From Candidatus Omnitrophota bacterium (GTDB lineage: Bacteria; Omnitrophota; Gorgyraeia; Duberdicusellales; 4484-171), in assembly GCA_016935525.1 (NCBI GenBank), contig JAFGQU010000013.1, positions 90,523-154,522 on the forward strand: a stretch of DNA of 64,000 nucleotides. Direction: 5' to 3'. The stretch's first letter is position 1. Each line of letters opens with the position of its first letter. Made by a program: the position numbers and the translations under genes. Below the pieces are notes generated by a model. That model had not been told where the DNA came from, searched no databases, and worked only from the letters and a program-made list of their open reading frames with translations. Below are positions 35,580-46,558 of this stretch, piece after piece.

Positions 35580-36580
35580 TCTACTATAAAACGTCTAAAC
35601 AGGATGATCCGTATTTTGAATTGTGGAGCAGAAAAGAATGGTTATACCCGCTTGAGAATGCCGATGCGATGCAATTCCCTTTGATCGTCACGGTCGAACC
35701 GACCAATCGTTGCCAGAATAAGTGCCTGTATTGTTCCCGGCAGCTTATGACGCGTACATTCGGCAATCTTGATTTAGCAACTATGGAAAAAATCGCCGAA
35801 GAGTCAGGGCATCACCGGGCCGCGATTCGTCACGGCGGGTTCGGAGAGCCGCTTTTGCATCCGGATATCGAAAAGATCGTTGCGATCAGCAACAAATATA
35901 ATGTGCTTACGACGATCTTTACTAACGGTATGAATTTAAGCGAAAAGATGATGGAATCGTTCGTACGGAACGATTTATCTGAAATCCGGTTTTCTTCATC
36001 AGGTATCACACCGGATGTCCATAATAAGATACGCAGAAACAGCGACTATTCCCGTGATTTCGATGAGAAAATAAAGATGGCTCACCGGGTGAGAGCGCGC
36101 ATGGGAAGTAAAAAACCATTTTTTACGTTATATACAAACGTGATCGATTATAATGATTCTAATTTCCAGGAGAATCTCGAAATATACAGAGACCGATACC
36201 TGGAGTATGTCGACAAAGTCGATATCGATCTTACGATGTTTTCGCGGGTAAAACATCTTGATCATGTAAAGGACCTTTACTCTAAACAGACAGTCAACGA
36301 AGAATATAAAAAATGTGTCGGACTGTTTCTTAAGGTTATTGTCCATTGGAACGGAGATCTGTTTGCCTGCGACAAATTATATGATTTCCATGAAGATTAC
36401 TATTTAGGTAATTTAAAAGATGTCTCTATCGCGCAAGGATACGGATCGGAAAAGATGAAATATCTGCGTGATAACGTGAGCTTTGCCATGAACCATCAGG
36501 ATTTCGAGTATTGCCGGAATTGTTATACCAATACGAGTAAGTGGGATAAACCCGAAGAGTTTATCGGTAAAACAAAATGA
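35576..36580 (+). CDS. Radical SAM protein with SPASM/twitch domain
   Basis: EPTNRCQNKCLYC, FGEPLLHP; C-terminal C..WNGDLFACD...CRNC. Confidence 0.9.
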   Translation: MIYYKTSKQDDPYFELWSRKEWLYPLENADAMQFPLIVTVEPTNRCQNKCLYCSRQLMTRTFGNLDLATMEKIAEESGHHRAAIRHGGFGEPLLHPDIEKIVAISNKYNVLTTIFTNGMNLSEKMMESFVRNDLSEIRFSSSGITPDVHNKIRRNSDYSRDFDEKIKMAHRVRARMGSKKPFFTLYTNVIDYNDSNFQENLEIYRDRYLEYVDKVDIDLTMFSRVKHLDHVKDLYSKQTVNEEYKKCVGLFLKVIVHWNGDLFACDKLYDFHEDYYLGNLKDVSIAQGYGSEKMKYLRDNVSFAMNHQDFEYCRNCYTNTSKWDKPEEFIGKTK

Positions 36581-37605
36581 ATATTTTTTGGGAAATAGGC
36601 ATATTATTTTTAGGTCTTCTTATCTTGGGTGAATTATATCTGCAGTTGAAATATACCCAGCGTATCCTTCAGAAAAAGAGAAGGATTCGAAAAAAAATCG
36701 ATCTTAATACGCAGGAAAAGAAATATTCCGAAGATCTGGTTAAGACTCATAGTAATGTTTTTCATAGAATAGGCTACGCATTAATTCCATGCTCGAACGC
36801 TGAATTTAATCATCCCGGCCTTTTCTCTGCGCCTTACCGGGTGCATGTTAATGCGCAGGGGATACGTGAAGAAGATGATGTGGTTCCTGAAAAGATTACT
36901 CCGAATACATTCGTCGGTATCTTCCTGGGCGATTCGGTTACTTTTGGATCGGGAGTACCTTTAGAAGAAACATTTACGAAGCAAACTCAGATGTTTTTAA
37001 AAGAACGAGGAGTGAATGCTCTCTGTCTTAATTTCGGTGTCGGCGGATATTCGGTAATAGAGAGTTTGCTTTCGGTTTTTTATCGCCGGGCTGAGGATTA
37101 TAGACTAAAATATATTATTTTCAATCTTACGATAAAATCTTTGTTTGATGCATCTAGATGTAACGATCCTTTAACGGGATATCATATGGAAGCGCGTCAA
37201 AAGTCATTTATTCTGCATGCGTTAAGAGTTCGATTGTCAGGAGGGAAATTGGTTTATTTGCATAAAAAAATGAGAAAATTCGATGATTGGTGTCGAACTC
37301 AAGACGTCCGGTTTATTGTTAATCTTTTACCGGCACTCTATCAAAACAAGATCCTTTCGCTTCAGACTAAAAACGAGTTTTCTTCTTTAAAATACACACA
37401 GACATTGGACTTTATGGAAATTTTAAAAAAAGATCAGAAATTAACCGTATGGGATTTTACGGAAGAATTTCTTAAATATGAGAAATTCGGACATTTTTAT
37501 CGTACCGGGGTAGATGGTAATTCGTCTGAGTTAGAAGTACATTATAGCAAAGAAGGAAATCAATTTTTGGGGCAACTAATAGCTCAGAAAATTTACGCAG
37601 AATAA
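36577..37605 (+). CDS. Membrane-anchored SGNH/GDSL-like protein
   Basis: N-terminal TM, VNAQGIR, FLGDSVTFG, NFGVGGYS, EVHYSKEGN. Confidence 0.78.
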   Translation: MNIFWEIGILFLGLLILGELYLQLKYTQRILQKKRRIRKKIDLNTQEKKYSEDLVKTHSNVFHRIGYALIPCSNAEFNHPGLFSAPYRVHVNAQGIREEDDVVPEKITPNTFVGIFLGDSVTFGSGVPLEETFTKQTQMFLKERGVNALCLNFGVGGYSVIESLLSVFYRRAEDYRLKYIIFNLTIKSLFDASRCNDPLTGYHMEARQKSFILHALRVRLSGGKLVYLHKKMRKFDDWCRTQDVRFIVNLLPALYQNKILSLQTKNEFSSLKYTQTLDFMEILKKDQKLTVWDFTEEFLKYEKFGHFYRTGVDGNSSELEVHYSKEGNQFLGQLIAQKIYAE

Positions 37606-37613
37606 AAAATAAT

Positions 37614-38483
37614 ATGAAAGATAACCTTTTGAATTGTTTGTTAGATTTAAAATATCGATATGTTTCTATCTTGCGTACAATTTATAATTGGTATAAAAAT
37701 AGGCATTTATCTTATACGGCACTTTCTCTAGATGATGTGAAAAGTAAATACAAGAAATCAGATACTATTTTTATTTTGGGTAGTGCCGAATCGATAAATG
37801 ATATTACGGATGAACAGTGGAGAACCGTTGCTCAGCATGATTCGTTTGGCATCAATAAATGGCCTATGCATGATTTTGCACCTACTTTTTATTATACAAA
37901 TTATCCCCGTAATAAGATCCATTTATATTGTTATTTAAATTCTATAAAAGAGAAAATTGCCCGTTATCATAATACTATATTTTTTGTGAGCTTTAATCGC
38001 GCGGTAAGAAGAGGTATGCATCCCCGCGTTTTTCCTGATTTTTTTTCTAAAAACCCTTTATGTTGTTTTTATGAAGCGGCGCCTCCGATAAAATTGACGG
38101 GTAATAAGATATTTGGTTGTGATTCATTTGAATTGACATTGCATTATCGAGGAGCTCTTTCGTTAATTCTAGATTTGGTTGATAAATTGGGGTACAGAAA
38201 TATTGTATTATTAGGGGTTGACTTGATAAACGCAGTCCATTTTTATGATAGCTATCCCGAAATGCAATGGCAGGTCGAGACCAAATATGCTCAGTCGATT
38301 CAGATAAATAGGAACCGAAAACATGGGACGATGTCGGATAAAAACGGGACCAAGGTGACAATGGATCAATATATATATGCGGTGGACAGATATTATTTTA
38401 AGCCAAAAAATGTGCGTCTCTATGTCGGGTCATCTGCATCTATTCTTGCAGAAAAAATTCCGGTGTATGATTTTAAAAATTGA
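37614..38483 (+). CDS. DUF115/Maf- or GT42-like protein (candidate nonulosonate transferase)
   Basis: IFILGSAESI, SFGINKW, LGYRNIVLLGVDL..HFYD. Confidence 0.55.
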   Translation: MKDNLLNCLLDLKYRYVSILRTIYNWYKNRHLSYTALSLDDVKSKYKKSDTIFILGSAESINDITDEQWRTVAQHDSFGINKWPMHDFAPTFYYTNYPRNKIHLYCYLNSIKEKIARYHNTIFFVSFNRAVRRGMHPRVFPDFFSKNPLCCFYEAAPPIKLTGNKIFGCDSFELTLHYRGALSLILDLVDKLGYRNIVLLGVDLINAVHFYDSYPEMQWQVETKYAQSIQINRNRKHGTMSDKNGTKVTMDQYIYAVDRYYFKPKNVRLYVGSSASILAEKIPVYDFKN

Positions 38484-38486
38484 AAA

Positions 38487-40241
38487 ATGAAACTCTTTAA
38501 AGGTAAAATTGGGTTTATATTAAAATTATTTGGTGTATATAAGCGGCAAGCTTTATGGCTTTTATTTCTTATTTTGTTCTCTGCGTTTCTTGAAAGTTTC
38601 GGGGTATCACTTATAATGCCTATTTTGCAAACGGGATTACAGGATAAAATAGATGCAAAATTTGAGATTTTTTTAAGACCCATACTCGCATTATCCGGTA
38701 ACAGTTCTCCTCTGGCAGCATTGACTATGTTTTTTCTGTTGGTTATGGCGCTAAAGTTTATTTTAGTATGTATGAGCATCTTTTTTTCTAAAAGATTTGT
38801 CTGGAGGATGCGTTTGGAATGGATTAATAAAATTTTTGAGAAATATATGCATTGTAATTATTCTTTTATTTTGAATGCTAAACAAGGTGAACTTATTAAT
38901 ACATTGATTTCTGAAACCCATCGCGGAGTGATCTGTTGCTCTCAGATGATCGAATTTACTGCTAAGGCGGTATTGGCTATTTTCTTAACCGCTGCGTTAC
39001 TATACGTCGACTGGAAAATAACTTTTCTCTCATTAGGGGCGATAGTTATTTTAATATTTTCAACCCATACTTTATCAAGAAAGTTCGCTCAGAATATCGG
39101 TAGAAAAAGATTGTTATTAGCACAACAATTAGCTGCCTGGGTGGCTGAATCTATTGTCGCGCTTCGTCAGATAAAAACTTTTGGCTTAGAGAATTTTATC
39201 ATTAAGAATCAAAAGAAGGTATCGACTTCTTTAAGTGATGTCAACGTGAGATTTGAGGTAGTAAAGTCTTTGCATGTTCCTTTTGGCGAATTTTTTATGG
39301 CCTTATTGATTGTCGGGATTATTGTTTTTTCTGATTTGCTTTTTCATGTGCCTTTCAAACTTTTAATCCCTGTCTTAGGGGTTTTTGTGGTTGTCGGCGT
39401 GCAATTAACAACATGTATGTCACAATTGGCAGGATTGCGTCTTCAAATAATAGCTCTTATGCCTGCTTTAAGATTATCCTATCATGTCGCTAATGATTTG
39501 GTAAAGGGAGAGGATTTTAAGAGTGGTAATGTTTTTAAAAAAATACAAAACGATATTGCATTTAATGATGTGAGTTTTTCCTATGGCGAAAATGATTCGG
39601 TACGAGTCTTTCGACATTTAAATTTAAATATACCCCAGGGAAAAATGACGGCGATTATCGGGCCTTCGGGAATCGGAAAGTCGACGATCGCCGATCTATT
39701 GCTCAGGCTTTATGATCCCCAGGAAGGCCGAATATCAGTAAATGGTGATGATCTGCGTCACTGGAATCTTCGCGATTGGCGAAGCCGTATCGGTTTTGTC
39801 AGTCAGGATACGTTTATCTTTAATACCAGTATCCGGGAAAATATTGCTTTTGGGAATTTAGGTGTGAATGAGCAAACGATTATTGAGGCTGCCAAGAAAG
39901 CCTATGCGCACGATTTTATTATGCAGTTACCTCAAGGGTACGATACGATCGTCGGGGAACGCGGTTTAAAATTGTCCGGAGGTCAAAGGCAGAGGATAGC
40001 CATTGCGCGAGCAATCGTCCGCGACCCTGATCTGTTTATTTTCGATGAAGCAACCAGTTCCCTTGATCATGAATCGGAACAGATGGTGCAAAAGGCCATA
40101 GAAAATTTAGGACAGGAAAAAACAATGTTAATTATTGCTCATCGTCTGACTACTATAGAAAAAGCGGATGTTGTCTATGATTTAGGAAAAATGACGGATT
40201 CCTGTGCCTTAGCTAGTAATGCTATGAAAAACCGCGTGTAA
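38487..40241 (+). CDS. ABC transporter ATP-binding/permease (PglK/Wzk-like glycan flippase)
   Basis: Multi-TM N-terminal domain, GPSGIGKST, LSGGQRQR, DEATSSLD. Confidence 0.9.
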   Translation: MKLFKGKIGFILKLFGVYKRQALWLLFLILFSAFLESFGVSLIMPILQTGLQDKIDAKFEIFLRPILALSGNSSPLAALTMFFLLVMALKFILVCMSIFFSKRFVWRMRLEWINKIFEKYMHCNYSFILNAKQGELINTLISETHRGVICCSQMIEFTAKAVLAIFLTAALLYVDWKITFLSLGAIVILIFSTHTLSRKFAQNIGRKRLLLAQQLAAWVAESIVALRQIKTFGLENFIIKNQKKVSTSLSDVNVRFEVVKSLHVPFGEFFMALLIVGIIVFSDLLFHVPFKLLIPVLGVFVVVGVQLTTCMSQLAGLRLQIIALMPALRLSYHVANDLVKGEDFKSGNVFKKIQNDIAFNDVSFSYGENDSVRVFRHLNLNIPQGKMTAIIGPSGIGKSTIADLLLRLYDPQEGRISVNGDDLRHWNLRDWRSRIGFVSQDTFIFNTSIRENIAFGNLGVNEQTIIEAAKKAYAHDFIMQLPQGYDTIVGERGLKLSGGQRQRIAIARAIVRDPDLFIFDEATSSLDHESEQMVQKAIENLGQEKTMLIIAHRLTTIEKADVVYDLGKMTDSCALASNAMKNRV

Positions 40242-40247
40242 TCAATT

Positions 40248-41162
40248 ATGATCAAAAAGACTCTTAAAAAAATAATAAAAAAAATTAAATTCAGCAAGAA
40301 CCGTCCTGATCTTCTTTTCCTGGAACCGACCAATCTGTGTAATTTAAACTGTCCTTTTTGTCTGGTCAATGTGGATAAGACCTACAAAACAACTGCTCAT
40401 GATCAGATGCGGCGGCCTTTCGGCTATATGGACCTTGTATTATTCGACAAAATACTGGATGACGCCAGAGATTTTGGTATAAAAACTATCTACTTGGAAT
40501 TTTGGGGAGAATCTTTTCTCCATCCACAGATAGGAAAGATGTTAGAAAAGACCAGCCGGATGAAATTTAAAACTTCTATTTTTACCAACGGATTACTTCT
40601 CGATTCCCGCCGTATGGGGTCTATTCCCGATAACGTCGATAGAATCATTATTTCAATCGATGGTGCTAGTGCCGAAACATACGAGCAAAACCGTATCGGG
40701 GGTAATTTCGATCGGGTATGGCATAATATGGTGACTTTAAACCAAATGTGTGTCGGGACTAAAACGAACGTTATATGGCAGTTTGTCGTAATGAGGAATA
40801 ATGAATATGAGATAGAACGTGCCCGGCAGCTGGCGAAAGAACATAATCTGCAACTGAGACTAAAAACCTTTAACCCCAGTGTTGCCGAACGGGTCACTTC
40901 GTTAAAGCAGTATGCCCGAAAAAAGCCCTTAAAACCGTGTACTTCGATTTACCGTCAGTTTGCCGTGTTGTGGAATGGAGATATCGTGCCATGTTGTCAG
41001 GATCCTGACGGGAGAAATGTGTTGGGAAATATAAAAGAATCTTCTTTTGGAGAAATTTGGAATAGTGAGAAATATCGTATTTTTCGCCAAAAAGTAAAAC
41101 GAGCCGTCATCTGTCCGGAAGAAGAACCTTTGATCTGTAAAACGTGTTCGGCGTATCAATGA
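40248..41162 (+). CDS. Radical SAM protein with SPASM/twitch domain
   Basis: EPTNLCNLNCPFC; KPC..WNGDIVPCCQD...CKTC. Confidence 0.9.
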   Translation: MIKKTLKKIIKKIKFSKNRPDLLFLEPTNLCNLNCPFCLVNVDKTYKTTAHDQMRRPFGYMDLVLFDKILDDARDFGIKTIYLEFWGESFLHPQIGKMLEKTSRMKFKTSIFTNGLLLDSRRMGSIPDNVDRIIISIDGASAETYEQNRIGGNFDRVWHNMVTLNQMCVGTKTNVIWQFVVMRNNEYEIERARQLAKEHNLQLRLKTFNPSVAERVTSLKQYARKKPLKPCTSIYRQFAVLWNGDIVPCCQDPDGRNVLGNIKESSFGEIWNSEKYRIFRQKVKRAVICPEEEPLICKTCSAYQ

Positions 41163-41941
41163 GCAATCAAAAAATAATTCCTACAATCAATAGCCAGCAA
41201 TCTATGGAAAATTTCATCCGTGATGATTCTCCTTTACGGGAGATCGTTAAAAGTATCACTACGGAACAGTTACAGGATTTGGGCGCAAGTTTGAAGATAT
41301 TGGAGGTAGGATGTGGAAACCGTACTTTTATTAAACAACTTGTCGAACAGCGACAAAGCCAATGGTTTGGATTAGATCTTAAGAAAAATTCGGCCGCTAC
41401 TCATAAGGGATCTGTCAGTAAGATCCCTTTTCCCGACGGTTTTTTTGACAGGGTAATCGCAAGTCAATCTATAGAGCATTGGTATGAATATGCTACTACA
41501 TTTAATGAGGGGCTACATGAGATCTACCGGGTTTTAAAACGTGATGGGGAGTTTATTCTGAATTATCCTCTGTATCTTCACGGTCATCCGTTTTTTATGT
41601 TGGGAAAAACGGATAGGATCCATGCGTTATTTTCACCCGAAGTTTGGAAAATAGAAGATATCCGGATACATCATCCAGCACAGCCTTTCTATTGTTGGCA
41701 GGGTAGACGTTTGAGATTGTATGACCAATGGTTCATGACCCGACTTGTTAAAAGACAGCATAAGAGTGCGTATATTGAGCAGATTGTCCTCTGTAAGAAT
41801 AAGCAAGATATTCCCCGTCGTAGCAGTATGAGTCATATTTTACGTGGTATCGAAAAATTGGGATACACTGTTTTATATCTCATGAGAGGAGTTACAGAAA
41901 AGGTTGCTCTTTACATAATCAGAACGAAAGGGAACATATGA
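41159..41941 (+). CDS. Class I SAM methyltransferase
   Basis: ILEVGCG, IPFPDGFFD, EIYRVLKRDG. Confidence 0.85.
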   Translation: MSNQKIIPTINSQQSMENFIRDDSPLREIVKSITTEQLQDLGASLKILEVGCGNRTFIKQLVEQRQSQWFGLDLKKNSAATHKGSVSKIPFPDGFFDRVIASQSIEHWYEYATTFNEGLHEIYRVLKRDGEFILNYPLYLHGHPFFMLGKTDRIHALFSPEVWKIEDIRIHHPAQPFYCWQGRRLRLYDQWFMTRLVKRQHKSAYIEQIVLCKNKQDIPRRSSMSHILRGIEKLGYTVLYLMRGVTEKVALYIIRTKGNI

Positions 41942-42780
41942 AACGATTTTTTCTCATAGGATTTCAGCGAAGCGGGACTACGCTTCTGGATTATCTTTTA
42001 AACGCTCATCCCGAGGTGGTTTCGATATGTGAGTGGGAGCTGATTCCTATGATTTATTCGGGAAGCTTGCATCGTTTGCATGATACGGATTTTGATTCTT
42101 TCGTGAAAGTAAAGAAAAATCATAATGTCGATGTCGAGGACTATTTACGATTGTTAGATACTTACCGGGCTAAAAAGATATCTACCCATCAGTTTATAGA
42201 GCAGGCTTGTGATTTGTGTGTCCATGACGATAAGATAAAAGTGGTGGGAGCAAAAGAAGCAATCCCTTTGTCCCGAAGGAAATTCCGATTCATGAAAAAA
42301 CTGTATAGAGATTTTGGGAAATGTACTGATATTGTTTTTATTGAAAGAGATATCAAGGGAATAGTGAATTCTTACATGAAACTTGGTTTTTTACCGGTAG
42401 GGAACAGGAAAATAAGTGAGAAAAATATCAAATCTTTTGTAAAACATTATGTCAAATATATGAATCATATCGATAAAATCCTTTCTCTGTTTCCGCGGAC
42501 GATATATGTGCGGTACCGGGATTTGATGGATGTTCCTCAGAACACTTTGAAGATGATTTTTGAATTTTTAGGAGTTGCTTCAGATGACAGCACTCTCGAT
42601 GCAATCATTAAGACTCCGTGTCGTACCAGCCGGGTCAATTTCGAAGGGATTGTCTCTGAACGTAAAGAAGGTTGGCGTGTGCGCCTGTCTTCGGATATGG
42701 CCGGGTTTATAGATGTTTACTACAAAAAAAATCGCAAGTTTTTTTGTGAAAAAACACAGGATGTATATGCCGCTACCTGA
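41938..42780 (+). CDS. Sulfotransferase
   Basis: FLIGFQRSGTTLL..LNAHP, IERD...VNS, VRYRDL. Confidence 0.88.
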   Translation: MKRFFLIGFQRSGTTLLDYLLNAHPEVVSICEWELIPMIYSGSLHRLHDTDFDSFVKVKKNHNVDVEDYLRLLDTYRAKKISTHQFIEQACDLCVHDDKIKVVGAKEAIPLSRRKFRFMKKLYRDFGKCTDIVFIERDIKGIVNSYMKLGFLPVGNRKISEKNIKSFVKHYVKYMNHIDKILSLFPRTIYVRYRDLMDVPQNTLKMIFEFLGVASDDSTLDAIIKTPCRTSRVNFEGIVSERKEGWRVRLSSDMAGFIDVYYKKNRKFFCEKTQDVYAAT

Positions 42781-43702
42781 AGCAGGACAGATAGTATTAG
42801 AGTCAGTCAATTGTGATCTGTGTACAGGGAATAATACTAAATTATTGTATCGTCGTCCCGATCTACGGATGCGTCTCTATCAGCCGGAATATTCTGTTAT
42901 TGAATGTATTAACTGTGGACACCGTTTTGTATCTCCCCGTCCGACAAAAGAAAGCACCCGGTTTCTATATCCTGAGACCTATTATACTAATCGGGGATCA
43001 AGTGATCCTCGTCAGCACCGACGATATATAAAACAAATGTCTTATCTGCCACAAATTAAAAACGGCAAGATCCTTGATATCGGTTGCGCCGGGGGTGCTT
43101 GGTTGCAGATTGTAAAACAGAACGGATGGGAATGTTATGGAGTTGATTTTGTCGAATCCGGTCAAAATCAGGAGAATATCGAGATCCGGTACGGATATCT
43201 GCCTGAACTGTCCTATCCCGAAGAATATTTTGATGTGATCACCGCGTGGGGAGTGCTTGAACATGTCCACGAACCTTCCAGATATTTTGAGACTGTTTTT
43301 CGGCTCTTAAAGAAAAAAGGGGCATTTATTTTTATGGTTCCTAACGGAGACAGCTTATGGTCACGTTGGGCATATAAAGAAGATACTCCGAGACATCTGC
43401 ACTCCTTTCGGCCGTCTACTCTGAAAAAATATGCTCAAAAGTATGGATATTATTTTAAAAAAATCGATTTTACCAACGACGTGTACTCTCATCCTTCAAG
43501 TGGAAGGGGGATGATAAAGAGGCAGTTGTTACGGAAGTTCGGTATCCCTTGGAGTGAGATCATAGAACCGTCTCACCGGTTCACAATTAAAGCCCTTGGG
43601 AAAGCCGCCGGATTGTTAGACCATTGCTTGATCCATCCTAAAATAGAAAAGTTATTTCATGTTTCGGGTACTATAGTGGTTATTTTAACCAAAGAGATAT
43701 AA
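42767..43702 (+). CDS. Class I SAM methyltransferase with N-terminal Zn-ribbon
   Basis: CDLC..CINCG, ILDIGCAGG, VLEHVHEP, VPN, PRHL; start uncertain (42761/42767). Confidence 0.85.
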   Translation: MPLPEAGQIVLESVNCDLCTGNNTKLLYRRPDLRMRLYQPEYSVIECINCGHRFVSPRPTKESTRFLYPETYYTNRGSSDPRQHRRYIKQMSYLPQIKNGKILDIGCAGGAWLQIVKQNGWECYGVDFVESGQNQENIEIRYGYLPELSYPEEYFDVITAWGVLEHVHEPSRYFETVFRLLKKKGAFIFMVPNGDSLWSRWAYKEDTPRHLHSFRPSTLKKYAQKYGYYFKKIDFTNDVYSHPSSGRGMIKRQLLRKFGIPWSEIIEPSHRFTIKALGKAAGLLDHCLIHPKIEKLFHVSGTIVVILTKEI

Positions 43703-43718
43703 AAACAGGAGGAAAGTC

Positions 43719-44756
43719 ATGAAAAAATTGTTAAACATTATCAGGGTTTTTAAAGCACGAGGTATTTCAAAAAGTGTCACGGCCGCGGTTAATTGGCTTT
43801 TTATGCTTTTTCATAGAAATGTGTTAGGGCGGAAACACCTGGTAAGAAGGATTTATACCTATAAGATGAAACTTCCTATCGATCAAGAGGGGATACAGGG
43901 GATATCAAAAGCACTCGTTATGTATGGGACCCGGGAAGAAGACCAATTGCGTATTGTGAAAGAAGAGCTTAAAGAAGGGATGCGAGTGCTAGATATAGGA
44001 GCTAATATCGGTTACTATTCTTTATTGTTGGCTTCAATTGTCGGGCCTACAGGAAAAGTATACTCTATAGAACCTTCCAGCCAGAATTTTCGGTTATTAA
44101 AAGAAAATATCGCGCTTAATCACGCGGAAAATATCGTTGACGTTTTTCATATGGGTGTTTCTGATAAAGTTTCTTCGGAAAACCTGTATCTTTCAATACA
44201 TTCAAACAGCCATAGTTTTTTTAGAGGCACATTGCATTCAAAAAAGACCGAAAAAGGAGAAGGTGAAACCGAACCGGTCGAGATGACCGATGTGGATAGT
44301 TTTGTCAAAGGTAAAGAACCTATACATTTTATCCGGATGGATGTCGAAGGCTTTGAGGTGAAAGTATTTCAGGGGATGAAGAGTTTTATTGAAAATAGTA
44401 GTAATGAGATCAAGATTCTTTTTGAGGTACATCGATCTCGTTATGATGAAAAAGATTTCAATATGCGTGAACAGCTCACCCGTCTTTTTAAATTGGGATT
44501 CGTACCGAAAACTCTTATTGCAAAACCACTTCTAAAAAGCAAACCATATGGGATATATCCTTTTTCAGAAAGGGGGTATTCTCCTGATTTTTTAATACCT
44601 ACCGATGGATTCCAGCGCGGGTATTATACGAATATCTCTCAGAATGATGTGCTTGATTATGTTTGTTCTCTTGGTTGCGTGCGCGCATTGTTGCTTGTTC
44701 GGATGCCGCAGGCGGCTACACAAAGAGAAACTTCGTATTCCCGTTTATCTGAATGA
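43719..44756 (+). CDS. FkbM family methyltransferase
   Basis: VLDIGANIGYY, VYSIEP, IRMDVEGFE. Confidence 0.9.
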   Translation: MKKLLNIIRVFKARGISKSVTAAVNWLFMLFHRNVLGRKHLVRRIYTYKMKLPIDQEGIQGISKALVMYGTREEDQLRIVKEELKEGMRVLDIGANIGYYSLLLASIVGPTGKVYSIEPSSQNFRLLKENIALNHAENIVDVFHMGVSDKVSSENLYLSIHSNSHSFFRGTLHSKKTEKGEGETEPVEMTDVDSFVKGKEPIHFIRMDVEGFEVKVFQGMKSFIENSSNEIKILFEVHRSRYDEKDFNMREQLTRLFKLGFVPKTLIAKPLLKSKPYGIYPFSERGYSPDFLIPTDGFQRGYYTNISQNDVLDYVCSLGCVRALLLVRMPQAATQRETSYSRLSE

Positions 44757-44772
44757 TTTGTCTGGAGATAGT

Positions 44773-45549
44773 ATGACTACAAAAAATATAAATATTGTGA
44801 AACAGAATGATTCGCCCAAAATCTTTAACCGATACCAGTATGAAGGTGCGTATCATTGGGGGGAGGCTTCTCGAAACATACGCAAAATGAACGCGTACTT
44901 ACATGCCCGTTATCAAATCGTACTGCAGTATATCAAACGATATCCCTATAAAAGAAAACTGAAAATTCTTGATGTCGGATGCGGGGATGGGGCTTTGACC
45001 GGGTTAATCAACCGGCAAGGGCATCCGGTGTGGGGGATTGATGTTGATAAAGAAGGAATACGGCTTGCTAAAGAACAATTCGGTATCCATGGGCTTGAAG
45101 GGGTGTTTTCCGCAATCGAAGGATCAGAATATCCTTTCGGTGACGGCGAGTTTGATATCGTTATATGTGCCGATGTGATCGAACATGTGAAAGAGCCCGG
45201 GGCTGTCCTTACAGAGATAAGACGGGTTCTTAGTCCCGGCGGATGGGCGATCATTACGACTCCCATAGCCGTAAGTGATATGCCGCTTGGAGCATATCAT
45301 GTCCAGGAGTGGACGCCGCAAACTTTTGAGAAGTTTTGTTTAGGAGTTTTTGACAAGATCATCGATAAGAAAAAAACGCACCCGTTGTTGCTCTATTATC
45401 TCTATACTGCAAAAAATAGATATATACATAAATCAGCAAGATTGATTATTAATTGTTTAGTCCGTTTAGGGTTTAATCTTTTTCTTTTGCGAGCTCCTAA
45501 AGGATTGTTGAAAGCACATATGCAGACGGTCGTGTTAGGTAAATCGTAG
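44773..45549 (+). CDS. Class I SAM methyltransferase
   Basis: ILDVGCGDG, FDIVICADVIEHV, IITTP, HVQEW; RBS GGAG before 44773. Confidence 0.88.
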   Translation: MTTKNINIVKQNDSPKIFNRYQYEGAYHWGEASRNIRKMNAYLHARYQIVLQYIKRYPYKRKLKILDVGCGDGALTGLINRQGHPVWGIDVDKEGIRLAKEQFGIHGLEGVFSAIEGSEYPFGDGEFDIVICADVIEHVKEPGAVLTEIRRVLSPGGWAIITTPIAVSDMPLGAYHVQEWTPQTFEKFCLGVFDKIIDKKKTHPLLLYYLYTAKNRYIHKSARLIINCLVRLGFNLFLLRAPKGLLKAHMQTVVLGKS

Positions 45550-45612
45550 GATCGGATGTTTTAATGAACGAGTTTGTCTTAATCCCGTTTAGGCAAAAGG
45601 AGTGTATATCCC

Positions 45613-46554
45613 ATGCGTAGTTTTTTTTCAAAACTGTATGGATATTTTAAAAGGATTTGTAAAAAAGCACGAATGCGGCCTGACCGGGTAGTGATCGAAC
45701 TTACCAATTATTGCAATTTAAACTGCCCCTATTGTCTCGCGGGAATGCAGGAAGACCAGCAATCAGTGGCGCATTCGGATCTGGACCGTCCGTTTGGGAA
45801 GATGGATCTATCTCTTGCGGAAAAAATAATAACAGATGCGAATCGGTTCGGCATTAAAGAAGTCATGTTGACTTTCCAGGGCGAACCGTTGCTTCATGAA
45901 AACTTTGTCGATATTATCCGGTTTGTGAAAAAAACAGGGATGAAAGCGGTAGTCTTTACAAACGGGATGCTGCTTACTCCTGTTCTTGCGAAAGATATTA
46001 TTGAAGCGGGATTGGATTCGATCCGTTTTTCTATTGACGGTGCATCATCTCAGACCTATGAATCCAACCGTGTCGGAGGAGATTTCCCTACGGTATTTAA
46101 TAACCTTACACAGATGGCTTGGATCGCGCGAGAATTGAGGAGCCCGATTGATATCACCTGGCAGTTTATCGCTCTTAAGAACAATGAACATGAGATCTCT
46201 CAGGCAAGAAAAATAGCCAAAGATATCGGCGTTACGTTTATTGTGAAAACCTTTGCCGAAAGTGTCCCGGAATTGACTCCCCGTGATCCAAAATATCGGC
46301 GTATGCTTCAAAAAAAACCGTGTATTGATATTTATCGGATGATCTGCGTCTATTGGAACGGAGATGTTGTCCCGTGTTGTTATGATATGGCAGGTAAAGA
46401 AGTGATGGGGAATATAAGGGGTCAATCGTTTTATGATATGTGGATAAGCCCCCGTTATAAAGATTTCCGGAAACGTGTCCATAATGCGCCGAGATTCCCT
46501 TCGGATGAACCAGACTTGTGTAAGACTTGTTTGAAATGGGCTCCGGTAGAATAA
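45613..46554 (+). CDS. Radical SAM protein with SPASM/twitch domain (paralog of 40248-41162)
   Basis: ELTNYCNLNCPYC, QGEPLLH; KPC..WNGDVVPCCYD...CKTC. Confidence 0.9.
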   Translation: MRSFFSKLYGYFKRICKKARMRPDRVVIELTNYCNLNCPYCLAGMQEDQQSVAHSDLDRPFGKMDLSLAEKIITDANRFGIKEVMLTFQGEPLLHENFVDIIRFVKKTGMKAVVFTNGMLLTPVLAKDIIEAGLDSIRFSIDGASSQTYESNRVGGDFPTVFNNLTQMAWIARELRSPIDITWQFIALKNNEHEISQARKIAKDIGVTFIVKTFAESVPELTPRDPKYRRMLQKKPCIDIYRMICVYWNGDVVPCCYDMAGKEVMGNIRGQSFYDMWISPRYKDFRKRVHNAPRFPSDEPDLCKTCLKWAPVE

Positions 46555-46558
46555 GCAT

